The position numbers and the translations under genes were made by a program. Below, one piece after another: positions 26,381 to 34,994 of a stretch of DNA of 47,842 nucleotides; within the stretch, counting starts at the first letter, position 1; every line of letters begins with the position of its first letter. The notes beneath the pieces are model-generated. The model made no database searches. It was not told the DNA's origin and was given only the letters and a program-made list of their open reading frames with translations. Source of the stretch: a virus (lineage: Duplodnaviria > Heunggongvirae > Uroviricota > Caudoviricetes); the IMG/VR virus record IMGVR_UViG_3300028048_000051, positions 1 to 47,842 of that record; one strand, written 5' to 3'.

Positions 26381-27235
26381 ATGACCTACAACCAAGAAAT
26401 TCTCAAAAACGTGGTCAACATGCTTGCGACCTACAATTGCGGCAAGAAGGTTTTCGTCGGTACACTGCTGGAAGTCCGCTTGGCCCCGGACCTGTACGTG
26501 TCCTTCGGCTGGCTCAGTGAACCGGTGGTGAAGTACAGAGGCAAGTACTACGACCTTATCACTACATTGGATGTACTGCCTAAAGACATTGCTTTCAACA
26601 TCGTGGGTGATTTGATTGATATCTGGAAGCATGAATTCACCGGCACGCTTGTTTATTTGGTGGGTGAGAATTGGGCAAAGAACTACAATGCCATTGATAC
26701 GATCTTCACTAGTATTGCTGAGGGACACGAATACAACGTGTACGTACCGATGTTGGATTCAAATTTTACCAACGAACTGGAAGCAGAGGACGAGGAGGAT
26801 GAGGGTGATGATGTCTCCAGCGAGCATCTGCTTCTTGTAGATTCCTTCGTCTCCTTACTGACGGCAGCTGAGGCCTATCGCAGTAAGGACAACCGCCATA
26901 CTCTCGGCAAGGAACCAGTGAAAGACGCGGATTCTGTACTGAATATCTGCAATCAGCACAATAAGGCAGTGCGTGAGAAGCTCGAACGCGATCTTGAGGA
27001 ACTGCGAAAGAAAAAGCATAGCAGATACAAACTCACTGTCGACAATCAAACGATCAAGATTGATCACGTCGGACATGAGTGGTTGATCCAACTGCCGGAT
27101 AATCGGACATGGATGACCTGCGGGACCTTCGACGACTATGTCAGATCCCGTGCGGAAGGTAGCTTCAGTCCTGGAATTTCCTGGGAACTGATGGATATGA
27201 TCAACGCAGCGGTACAAGAGCTGTGGTGTGAGTGA
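26381..27235 (+). CDS. Hypothetical protein
   Basis: 284-aa ORF, AGGAGGT RBS. Confidence 0.8.
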   Translation: MTYNQEILKNVVNMLATYNCGKKVFVGTLLEVRLAPDLYVSFGWLSEPVVKYRGKYYDLITTLDVLPKDIAFNIVGDLIDIWKHEFTGTLVYLVGENWAKNYNAIDTIFTSIAEGHEYNVYVPMLDSNFTNELEAEDEEDEGDDVSSEHLLLVDSFVSLLTAAEAYRSKDNRHTLGKEPVKDADSVLNICNQHNKAVREKLERDLEELRKKKHSRYKLTVDNQTIKIDHVGHEWLIQLPDNRTWMTCGTFDDYVRSRAEGSFSPGISWELMDMINAAVQELWCE

Positions 27236-27248
27236 CCATAAAATCGGT

Positions 27249-27270
27249 TTTTGTACCCAAGGATAAAATC
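27249..27270 (+). repeat. Dispersed quasi-palindrome, copy 3
   Basis: TTTTGTACCCAAGGATAAAATC, identical to 229-250; immediately upstream of ncRNA copy 2. Confidence 0.85.
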
Positions 27271-27283
27271 AGATGGATTGAAA

Positions 27284-27622
27284 ACCCTCGGTGAAATCCC
27301 CGCACTATCCGCGGAGTGAGAGTACCTGAGGTCCCGTTATTCTTCGGAAAACGGGATTTATAAATACACGTGTGTGGCAGGAGTGCGTGTGAAATGCGAC
27401 GGTTCGGATCAGTCGAAATCGCAGGGTGTGAGACGGAGGGCCACCTCTAGTAGCGAGTCTCATTTAGAGGTCCCGGAGTGGCGGACGTTACTCCTCTTTG
27501 GTACCGAGAGGAGGCCAGCTCTACTACCATGCTGTAGATAGAGTGTCCGAAGGCGCTTTAGCGCTTTCCGCGATGGGCTGATAGAAAGATCCTGGTCCAC
27601 CGAACGGCGGGAAATTCCCGCC
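27284..27622 (+). ncRNA. Large structured ncRNA, copy 2 (module order A-C-D-B)
   Basis: Same four blocks as 25250-25527 with block B moved to the 3' end; abuts tRNA-Thr. Confidence 0.72.
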
Positions 27623-27636
27623 AACTTTTGAAATAC

Positions 27637-27711
27637 GCCGGCTTAGCTCAGCGGTAGAGCAACGCACCTGTAATGCGTTGGTCGTCGGTTCGATTCCGAC
27701 AGCCGGCTCCA
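27637..27711 (+). tRNA. tRNA-Thr(TGT)
   Basis: Cloverleaf, C33 in place of U33, TCCA. Confidence 0.9.
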
Positions 27712-27716
27712 ATTGT

Positions 27717-27792
27717 AGGTCGCTGGTGTAATTGGTAACATGGCTCTCTCCAAAAGAGCAAGATCGAGGTTCAAATCCTCGGTGGCCTGCCA
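27717..27792 (+). tRNA. tRNA-Trp(CCA)
   Basis: Cloverleaf, GCCA. Confidence 0.92.
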
Positions 27793-27815
27793 GCAATTAT
27801 AGTAATAATGTGTAT

Positions 27816-27892
27816 GGGGCATTAGCTCAGTTGGCTAGAGCACCTGCTTTGCAAGCAGGATGTCACCGGTTCGAGCCCGGTATGCTCCACCA
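27816..27892 (+). tRNA. tRNA-Ala(TGC)
   Basis: Canonical cloverleaf with G3:U70. Confidence 0.95.
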
Positions 27893-27895
27893 TTT

Positions 27896-27972
27896 GGATC
27901 CATAGCTCAGCTGGTCAGAGCAGACGACTCATAATCGTCTGGTCGCAGGTTCAAGTCCTGCTGGATCCACCA
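27896..27972 (+). tRNA. tRNA(CAT), Ile2-like or elongator Met
   Basis: GACGA-ctCATaa-TCGTC arm; ACCA. Confidence 0.9.
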
Positions 27973-27973
27973 A

Positions 27974-28049
27974 GGAAACGTAACTCAGGAGGAAGAGTAG
28001 CGGATTTTTAATCCGTTTGTCCCGGGTTCGATCCCCGGCGTTTCCACCA
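27974..28049 (+). tRNA. tRNA-Lys(TTT), copy 2
   Basis: Identical to 25782-25857. Confidence 0.92.
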
Positions 28050-28059
28050 TTTGGCATAT

Positions 28060-28135
28060 CGGAGCGTAGCGCAGTTGGAAGCGCACTTGCTTTGGGAGCA
28101 AGATGTTGCGAGTTCGAGTCTCGCCGCTCCGACCA
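28060..28135 (+). tRNA. tRNA-Pro(TGG)
   Basis: Cloverleaf, ACCA. Confidence 0.93.
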
Positions 28136-28156
28136 TTATTCGGCATAGGAGTAGGG

Positions 28157-28378
28157 ATGGAAAGATCCAGAGCCTTCCGCAGAAGTTGTGAACGCAAAGC
28201 TAAGTGGAAGGCAAAACACATATGGGATGACGTCAGTAACGACGTGCGATTTATAGGTAAGATGGCTCACTGTCATAACAGACCATGTTCTTGTGAGGTA
28301 TGCGGTAATCCTCGTAGGTATTTCAAAGAGCGTACTGCCAGCGAGCAGCGATCTGATTTGGACATAGATGACGAATAA
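28157..28378 (+). CDS. Small basic Cys-rich phage protein
   Basis: PCSCEVCGNPRR motif; AGGAG RBS before ATG 28157. Confidence 0.75.
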   Translation: MERSRAFRRSCERKAKWKAKHIWDDVSNDVRFIGKMAHCHNRPCSCEVCGNPRRYFKERTASEQRSDLDIDDE

Positions 28379-28381
28379 ATC

Positions 28382-28458
28382 GTCCGGGTAGGCGAACTGG
28401 CATAGCCAGCGAACTTAAAATCCGCTGCTTACGGGTTCGAGTCCCGTCCCGGATACCA
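28382..28458 (+). tRNA. tRNA-Leu(TAA), short variable loop
   Basis: Cloverleaf, ACCA. Confidence 0.85.
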
Positions 28459-28467
28459 TTATAAAAA

Positions 28468-28593
28468 GCGGGCCGGAGTGATCAACCGGAAAGAGGCTAC
28501 CTGAGAGGTGAAAGATCCGAAAGGTGACGGAAGTGCCTCCACGAGTACCGGAGCAGGCCGTAAAGGCACAGCACACAAGTCTGGGGTACTCTC
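28468..28593 (+). ncRNA. Structured RNA candidate (possible cis-regulatory leader)
   Basis: Hairpins CCGG/CCGG, GAGGTG..GAAA..TGCCTC, GAGTACC/GGTACTC in an ORF-free region. Confidence 0.4.
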
Positions 28594-28628
28594 TATAACA
28601 GATTCCCGATAACCACAGGAGGTATACA

Positions 28629-28814
28629 ATGAAATTCTACAATGTCCGCAAGAAGTGCAGAGTCATCATTCCGGATTCCAAATGCACCAAACGCAAGATC
28701 GAGGGCAAGACACGCACCACGTACATGGTGAAGGCGGTCGACGTCGACGGCACCAAGCTCACCCTGTTCACCAACAAGGAAATCTATGACGCACTGGCGT
28801 GTCCGGAAGAGTGA
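28629..28814 (+). CDS. Small basic beta-rich nucleic-acid-binding-like protein
   Basis: 61 aa, AGGAGGT RBS, MKFYNVRKK..YMVKAVDVDGTKLTLF. Confidence 0.75.
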   Translation: MKFYNVRKKCRVIIPDSKCTKRKIEGKTRTTYMVKAVDVDGTKLTLFTNKEIYDALACPEE

Positions 28815-28840
28815 TGCTCTGACGACACAAGATACAGCAT

Positions 28841-28878
28841 AAGAAAAGGTCCGGGTTACTCCCGGACCTTTTCTTTTC
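28841..28878. terminator. Bidirectional terminator
   Basis: AAGAAAAGGTCCGGG / CCCGGACCTTTTCTT between convergent genes. Confidence 0.85.
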
Positions 28879-29035
28879 GCAGTTGACTCAGTTTCTTCCG
28901 CAGTTGGAAATTTCTTTCACGCAGCAGATACACCGTTCGACGTCGTTTTTCCAGCACGTCTTCGAGGGCCCGTATCTTGTCGATGAGTTTGTCGCGATCT
29001 CGGAACAGCTTCGATATCACTGGACTGTCTTGCAT
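28856..29035 (-). CDS. Small coiled-coil protein (59 aa, not in the ORF track)
   Basis: GGAGGT RBS; MQDSPVISKLFRDRDKLIDKIRALEDVLEKRR.. Confidence 0.7.
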   Translation of the reverse strand: MQDSPVISKLFRDRDKLIDKIRALEDVLEKRRRTVYLLRERNFQLRKKLSQLRKEKVRE

Positions 29036-29059
29036 ATGGCACCTCCATTGCGGTTGGGA

Positions 29060-29497
29060 TCATGGCAGCGAAATTGTTTTAGGACTATCACAAGGATACA
29101 TGGATAGCGTAGCAATAAAATCAGCAAGGTCACGAACAATTATACGAGCTTTCCAGTAGTGACCATGCATATATTCTATACTACTCATGAGTTCTTCATA
29201 CGCCTCTTGCCTGCCAGCTTCTCCCATAAGTACAACATCTGGAGCAGTAACACGCTCGCGCCAAGAACCAGTAGTAATATAACCGCACAACAGTCCCAGG
29301 TTATGCATAACGGCAAAGTCTGCTTTTTCGTTTGCTTTTAGGTGCTTCAATTTGTACAGGCCTTCCCTGATTGACATGACCAAGGAATATATTCTAATAT
29401 AACAGGTTATCTTGGCATCCAATTTTCCCGTCAGTGCCCACCATGCACAGCACAGTCTGTCCTTGATAGCCATTCTATCGATCCCGCACGTTGTCAT
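29060..29497 (-). CDS. Hypothetical protein
   Basis: 145-aa ORF, AAGGAGGT RBS. Confidence 0.75.
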   Translation of the reverse strand: MTTCGIDRMAIKDRLCCAWWALTGKLDAKITCYIRIYSLVMSIREGLYKLKHLKANEKADFAVMHNLGLLCGYITTGSWRERVTAPDVVLMGEAGRQEAYEELMSSIEYMHGHYWKARIIVRDLADFIATLSMYPCDSPKTISLP

Positions 29498-29561
29498 TTT
29501 TACCTCCTTTTGTGCTTAAAACCGGCATTTTGTCCAGCATAATACAATAGGAGGTAAAGAT

Positions 29562-29729
29562 ATGGAACAAATCTTGGAATTGTCTCGCCTGCGCGACGCA
29601 GAACGCCGTGTATTGCGCCAGTTGGACTCCCGCGGATGTATAGGCATCCATAGGGACATCGCCTACCGCGAATTGAGGATAGTCCGTGGTAAAATCAAAA
29701 GGCTCTGGGCCGCATGCAAGGCCAGATGA
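29562..29729 (+). CDS. Small basic protein (55 aa, not in the ORF track)
   Basis: AGGAGGT RBS; MEQILELSRLRDAERRVLRQLD..; followed by a terminator. Confidence 0.7.
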   Translation: MEQILELSRLRDAERRVLRQLDSRGCIGIHRDIAYRELRIVRGKIKRLWAACKAR

Positions 29730-29735
29730 CCGTGC

Positions 29736-29763
29736 AGTCCTCCTTCGGGAGGACTTTTTTTTT
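29736..29763 (+). terminator. Intrinsic terminator
   Basis: AGTCCTCC-TTCG-GGAGGACT plus T run. Confidence 0.9.
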
Positions 29764-29810
29764 ACGTTTGACTACAGTAGAATAGATCCATACAATACAA
29801 ACCCAACCCC

Positions 29811-30353
29811 ATGATCTGTAAAATGGCTATACAACCCGGCATCTCCAATAAAACCGTATGTCCCTGCTGTCTTTCCAATGTGGTTGATGACAGAGGTGTA
29901 AAACACGATGAACTTTGTTCGTACAATAACACCAGAAATGCCGTACTGGAATTTCCTCCGGAAGATTTTATCCTTGGAGTACAAAATCCTCAGGCAAGGA
30001 AAATGGTTAACCGCTGCAAGCGCATTCTATATCCGGATCGATGGAAGGTACTCGAAGAGATTGCCTATCGAATGACATCGGAGGACAGGAGTGAGCGCGA
30101 GCAGGCATATCAGGCATTGATGGACAGCAGACTGATAAAGGTGTCTTCATCGGAAACGCTGATGTTGATCGCCGTAGTCAAGACCCAGCATCCGCGGCTG
30201 TTTGCACGGCTGCGGAATTTCTTTTTTTACAAGGCGGCATCCCATGTCCGTTATCAGGAGTTGCGCGATGAATTTTACAGATGGCGCGCCAGAAAAGATG
30301 CCATGGATGATTTATTCGCCATTTCATTTGCTACCGACGTGAATTCAAAATAA
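29811..30353 (+). CDS. Hypothetical protein
   Basis: 180-aa ORF, CPCC..H..C possible metal site. Confidence 0.65.
   Translation: MICKMAIQPGISNKTVCPCCLSNVVDDRGVKHDELCSYNNTRNAVLEFPPEDFILGVQNPQARKMVNRCKRILYPDRWKVLEEIAYRMTSEDRSEREQAYQALMDSRLIKVSSSETLMLIAVVKTQHPRLFARLRNFFFYKAASHVRYQELRDEFYRWRARKDAMDDLFAISFATDVNSK
29964..29988 (-). repeat. Dispersed quasi-palindrome, copy 4 (inverted, +1 nt)
   Basis: Reverse complement reads GATTTTGTACTCCAAGGATAAAATC. Confidence 0.75.
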
Positions 30354-30403
30354 GCGCTTTGACCCTTCGTCCTTAATAAGAAGAGACCATTCCGGAGGGT
30401 TGT

Positions 30404-32296
30404 ATGCAGGCTATTGATTCTCCCACCAGTCCCGGGTTGGCAAACAACCCGTTCAGGACATTTTCCAATTTTATATATCCCAAGAACATGTTCGAGGCCG
30501 TTCGATGGGCCTTATGGTTTTGGGAACGCAGCCACAAATACCGCACCAGTATTAACAAGGTGGTGAGTTATTTTCTCTCCTCATTGTCCATCACCCAAGA
30601 AGAACCGGGCGATGACGGAGTGGATACCGATCTGGTGGAAAACTTTGAAAATCTGCTGACGGATACTTATGAACTGATGCCGCTGGCGTTGAATTTCGGT
30701 ATCGAGCTTGCGGCACTCGGCAACGTATTCGTATCGGCCGAAACACTGTTTTCCAGAATGCTGGTATGTCCCAATAACTGTGGATGGGCGATGGCGCTTG
30801 ATAAACTTACTCCAGGTAGAGAATACAAGTGGGAGGATTTTCAGTTCAAGGGCATTTGTCCCAAATGTAAGCGACACGTGGTATACGACATCAAGGACAC
30901 GCCCACTACCAACGAGGACGGCTGCAAGCTTCGTTTCATTTTCCGCAATATCTATGACATGAAACTGAGTTACAACCAACTCACCGGCGATTACGAATAC
31001 CTGTACAAGATTCCTCAGCACATCCGCAGCGCCATCGCCAAAGGTGAGCCGGTATACCTGAAAAATACGCCAAAGGTATTTTTCGAGGCCTGTCGCAGAC
31101 AGTCTTACATTTCTTTCCCCAAGGACAGGTTCTTTTCCATGAGGACAAAAACCCTGAGTGCTTTGGATACTCTGTACAAGGGATGGGGTGCCCCTTTGTT
31201 CCTCGCGGCATTTGACAACCTGGTGAATTTCCAGAATCTCAACAAATTTAACGAGGCCATCACCAGGGATTACATAAATCCAGTACGCATCATTTCTCCG
31301 CAGCCGCAGAATCTCACCGCCGGGGTGGACGTAAACCGTTCTGCGCCTTTGGCTGGACATATGTTCCGTTCCTTCCTGCAGGATTCGCTGGCGCGAGCCA
31401 AGGACAATCCGACCACATGGATCATTTCTCCGGTTCCCGTTCAATATCAACTTCTCGGCGGAGAAGCAAAGCAGCTGGCTCCGGTAGATTTGATGGAGTG
31501 GCATGAAACGCAGATTCTCTCCGACATGGGCATTCCTCAAGAATTTCGTCAGTCCAGTTTCCAAGTGGTCGCTCCGTCGATGGGGCTGCGCATGTTCGAG
31601 CGTCAGTGGATCCACTTCGCGCGCGGCATCAACAAGTTCGTTCGATGGGCAGCAGACCAGATAGCCAATGCGCACAAGATCGAGCAGATGACTTGTGCTC
31701 TTGATATGACGAGCTTCATCGAAGATGATATGAATAAGCAGGTGCTACTGCAGTGGATGAGCGCCGGTCTGATCTCCAAGAGCAAAGTATTGAAGCGCTT
31801 CGGTGTAGACTTCAACGAGGATTTGAAGGAGCGGATCCGTGAGGCCGAACAGGAAAACGAGCTGCAGCAGGCGAAGCAGGTGCAGATGCAGAATGCCGAG
31901 ATGGTGAGTTCGGTGCTGCCGCCGTCTGGTTCCATAGGCCTGGGACAGGCTCAGGGAAATATCCAGGCAATGCAGGCCGCTGCGCAAGGACAACCGGCGG
32001 GACCAGAAGGTCCGGCCGCTCCCGCAATGCCTGCCGGAGCTGCTCCAATGGGCGGAGGTCCGGGATTGCCGTTCAACGAGGGCGCCTCCCAGTCGGCATC
32101 CATCGAAGATCTCTACGCACAGAGTCAGCAAATAGCGAACGACCTTTATCAGGCGCCTCATCCTGTGCGCGTACGCGAATTAGATAATCTCAAGAAAACC
32201 AATCCGGTACTGCATGCAGCAGTAAAGCAGGCTCTTACCGACATGGAACAACAAATCGCCTCTGATGCAGTGGCTCAAAGCAAGCAGGCACAGTGA
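30404..32296 (+). CDS. Probable portal protein
   Basis: 630 aa; LGNVFVS portal-type motif, CxxC insert, GWGAPL, PVQYQLLGGE, ILSDMGIP, GLISKSKVL crown-like region, Pro/Ala/Gln-rich tail; first gene of the head module. Confidence 0.6.
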   Translation: MQAIDSPTSPGLANNPFRTFSNFIYPKNMFEAVRWALWFWERSHKYRTSINKVVSYFLSSLSITQEEPGDDGVDTDLVENFENLLTDTYELMPLALNFGIELAALGNVFVSAETLFSRMLVCPNNCGWAMALDKLTPGREYKWEDFQFKGICPKCKRHVVYDIKDTPTTNEDGCKLRFIFRNIYDMKLSYNQLTGDYEYLYKIPQHIRSAIAKGEPVYLKNTPKVFFEACRRQSYISFPKDRFFSMRTKTLSALDTLYKGWGAPLFLAAFDNLVNFQNLNKFNEAITRDYINPVRIISPQPQNLTAGVDVNRSAPLAGHMFRSFLQDSLARAKDNPTTWIISPVPVQYQLLGGEAKQLAPVDLMEWHETQILSDMGIPQEFRQSSFQVVAPSMGLRMFERQWIHFARGINKFVRWAADQIANAHKIEQMTCALDMTSFIEDDMNKQVLLQWMSAGLISKSKVLKRFGVDFNEDLKERIREAEQENELQQAKQVQMQNAEMVSSVLPPSGSIGLGQAQGNIQAMQAAAQGQPAGPEGPAAPAMPAGAAPMGGGPGLPFNEGASQSASIEDLYAQSQQIANDLYQAPHPVRVRELDNLKKTNPVLHAAVKQALTDMEQQIASDAVAQSKQAQ

Positions 32297-34158
32297 TGAA
32301 TTACCGGGTATTATACAAAAAAGCAGATACGCAAAAGAAACTCGATGCTTCATCTGCATTTGCAGTTGGACAACCGCAAATTTTCGATCCCTCGCAGACC
32401 GGCACTCCCCGTGTACAGCCGAAGTTTAACATGAGATTTCCTTCCGGGGATGATCTGGAAAACCCAACATCTGAGCATAATGAAGTATTGCGTCAGAATC
32501 GGGATGCCGTGTCCGATGCGGAAAACGGACAGCGGGTCGGTGAGAATTACGAACTCGGCGATATTGGCCCTCTTCGTAACTACAGCCCGGCATTCCAGCG
32601 CGGTTTCATCGAGGCACGCAAAAAAGCCCTTAAGAGCCACCGGGCGATTGCCGATTTAGGAGAGCAAACGGCTAACTATGCAATACTGCCGGTAGCTGGG
32701 CTTGGAAAAGGCGCGGAGAAGATACTGCAACTGCCGTACCATCTGATCAACTATGGAGCAGGAGCTGCTGCGGATGCCGGGCTACCCGGACTTTTCCTGA
32801 TGCCACACAAACTGCTCACGCATGACGGCAGTAAGAATCCGCTGCCGGATCCCGGCTCTTTCTTTACTCCGGCAATAGTTGACGCTCGGAAGTCGGTGGT
32901 ACGCAATGGAGGATCCGCTGACGCTGCAGATGCGATTACCGCCACTGCGGAAGCTGTTCCTGAAATGCTGGCATACAATTATGCAATGGGCAAGGCGATA
33001 ACACCGCTCATGTCGATCCCCGGCCGCACCGGAACCGCCGTACGCACCGGTGTAGAACTGGCGCCTGTAGTTACTCCAACAGCGGAGGAAGGAGCAAAAG
33101 CTGTTACCAATACCGATACCGTGCGTTACTCACTTCCTGGCATCATGCTCGGACGCATCCCCGCCATGCAGGATGAGTACAATCGACTGGTGGCAAGTGG
33201 AATGTCCCCGGAAGAAGCTCTTAGGAATGTGAATCAGAGACGGATATCTGATATAATTGCTACTGCACAACGCAAATACCCTGACGATGAACAAGCACAA
33301 CATAAATTCATCGTCGATAACTTCAAAACCTTTACACGTCTCGGCACTCCGGGTTGGTCGGAATATGATCTGACAAATGCTGGGATAGCCCCGGAAGAGG
33401 CGGCGCAGGCGTCAGCTCAAGGCGCATTGACGGAAGAAACCAATAGAACGATGGACAACTCCGTTTTGGGTAAAATACCCGGAGTGAGTCAGGCGGTGGC
33501 TTTTTATAGGTCCTTTGATCCGACCAACCACGGAGCCGCACTTGCTCGCGGCAAGGGATACATGAATGTCGTACCTGCTGCAGTACAGGGACTACACACC
33601 ATGCTGTCAGACGACAAGGCTAACCCCGTAGATTCGAAAAACCAGAAATTTATGAAGGGCTACCTCGAAGAGGTCTATAAAGACCCGAAGAAAAAGGAGG
33701 CCTTTCTTTCCGCCCTGGCATCCGGCGTTGCGGACAAGTACGATCTGGACTCGATGAAGACGCTTGCTGCCCGTGTACAGAAGATGGGCAAGGATATGAA
33801 TTGGGAAGAGTACGGTCTTACCAAGGAACAGGGAGCAGAATTTATGCAGGCAATGGAAACAGGTTTCAAGAACCGGGCCTGCGCTCTGTGGAAGGAAGAC
33901 ATCATCGGCAACACACCCAAACTGGTGTCGCTGTGGTTGCGCAACATGGGAGTATCCGACGCTATTGCCGACGTGGTGGAAAATCCATGGGCATTTTACG
34001 CCGGGGCTTTCGGGTTGCTTCTCGGCGGCGGAGCCTTGATCGGCAGCATGTTCAGTGGAGACGACTCCCCTGCCCCGCGGCAGACGATGCAACCGCAGGT
34101 TGTACGCTCTCCGTATGATGAAGGTTATACTCAATTCGCACCCGTAAGGCTTGGATAA
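32293..34158 (+). CDS. Putative virion core/ejection protein with C-terminal TM helix
   Basis: Leader YRVLYKKAD; WAFYAGAFGLLLGGGALIGSMF. Confidence 0.6.
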   Translation: MMNYRVLYKKADTQKKLDASSAFAVGQPQIFDPSQTGTPRVQPKFNMRFPSGDDLENPTSEHNEVLRQNRDAVSDAENGQRVGENYELGDIGPLRNYSPAFQRGFIEARKKALKSHRAIADLGEQTANYAILPVAGLGKGAEKILQLPYHLINYGAGAAADAGLPGLFLMPHKLLTHDGSKNPLPDPGSFFTPAIVDARKSVVRNGGSADAADAITATAEAVPEMLAYNYAMGKAITPLMSIPGRTGTAVRTGVELAPVVTPTAEEGAKAVTNTDTVRYSLPGIMLGRIPAMQDEYNRLVASGMSPEEALRNVNQRRISDIIATAQRKYPDDEQAQHKFIVDNFKTFTRLGTPGWSEYDLTNAGIAPEEAAQASAQGALTEETNRTMDNSVLGKIPGVSQAVAFYRSFDPTNHGAALARGKGYMNVVPAAVQGLHTMLSDDKANPVDSKNQKFMKGYLEEVYKDPKKKEAFLSALASGVADKYDLDSMKTLAARVQKMGKDMNWEEYGLTKEQGAEFMQAMETGFKNRACALWKEDIIGNTPKLVSLWLRNMGVSDAIADVVENPWAFYAGAFGLLLGGGALIGSMFSGDDSPAPRQTMQPQVVRSPYDEGYTQFAPVRLG

Positions 34159-34988
34159 TGGCCGAAAAAGATAAAAACGACGTCCCACAGGACAACTTTA
34201 TTTCGCAAGGACTCGCCGCATGGCACAAAGCCGTTCCGAGTCCGTTGCTGCGTGCCTTGATTTACGGCGGAGCGGCGTACGGAGCTTCCAACATGCTGTG
34301 GGGACCGATCGTGGATACGATCAAGACTCTCGGACGTCCGCTGCGCAGTTTCGCAGGAATGTCTGCCGCGGAATGGGAACAGGCGCTGGAGGAGACCAGG
34401 AACGACAGTGATCTTCGGTATAAGATCCCTTTGGTGATCGGAGGTATCACCGCCGTTGCGCCATTGCTGATGAATTACCGTCCCACCTACGAAATGGATC
34501 AGCTGTGGTCGGATCACCCAACGCCGAAGGTATATAACGGCAACAACTATGGGTTTGCCCGTTCCGAGGATCGCACACAGACTAAAAACGGATCATTGTA
34601 TGAATACGACGGATACGTATCGAATATCGATTTCTCGCAGAGCATCAACACGCCTTCGGCATTATCGCTGTTCTCCAACGACCCGTTCCTCGCCAAGCAG
34701 GACTACACGCGAAATCTCGGAACCTCGATCCTGGTAGACGCCAACAACAAGACCCCGGGTAACTATTCCACACTGGGAAACATCTTCGATTCCGCAGCGG
34801 ACAAAATCGACACCAAGTTGTCACTCGGCGGAATAGCGAGCACCGGGGTGAAGGCGGTGGTATCCAACGGTATCGCCAAATTATTTACCACTGCCGTCGG
34901 TACGATGGTAAATCTTGATGACAGCACTAAACGAAACCTTATAGATGCCGGGACATGGGCGGGTACCATATCGGCGATATTGGAGTGA
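34158..34988 (+). CDS. Putative virion protein with hydrophobic helices
   Basis: Translationally coupled (TAATG); Gly-rich hydrophobic segments. Confidence 0.7.
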   Translation: MAEKDKNDVPQDNFISQGLAAWHKAVPSPLLRALIYGGAAYGASNMLWGPIVDTIKTLGRPLRSFAGMSAAEWEQALEETRNDSDLRYKIPLVIGGITAVAPLLMNYRPTYEMDQLWSDHPTPKVYNGNNYGFARSEDRTQTKNGSLYEYDGYVSNIDFSQSINTPSALSLFSNDPFLAKQDYTRNLGTSILVDANNKTPGNYSTLGNIFDSAADKIDTKLSLGGIASTGVKAVVSNGIAKLFTTAVGTMVNLDDSTKRNLIDAGTWAGTISAILE

Positions 34989-34994
34989 TCTCAT

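Noticed and set aside
22332-28458. CRISPR array or suppressor tRNA / stop-codon recoding
   Set aside because: No repeat-spacer periodicity; no CTA, TCA or TTA anticodon; TAA, TAG and TGA all end intact genes
28468-28593. RNase P, SRP or tmRNA assignment
   Set aside because: Only fragmentary resemblance; lacks GAGGAAAGTCC/P4, the full SRP domain IV motif and tmRNA ends
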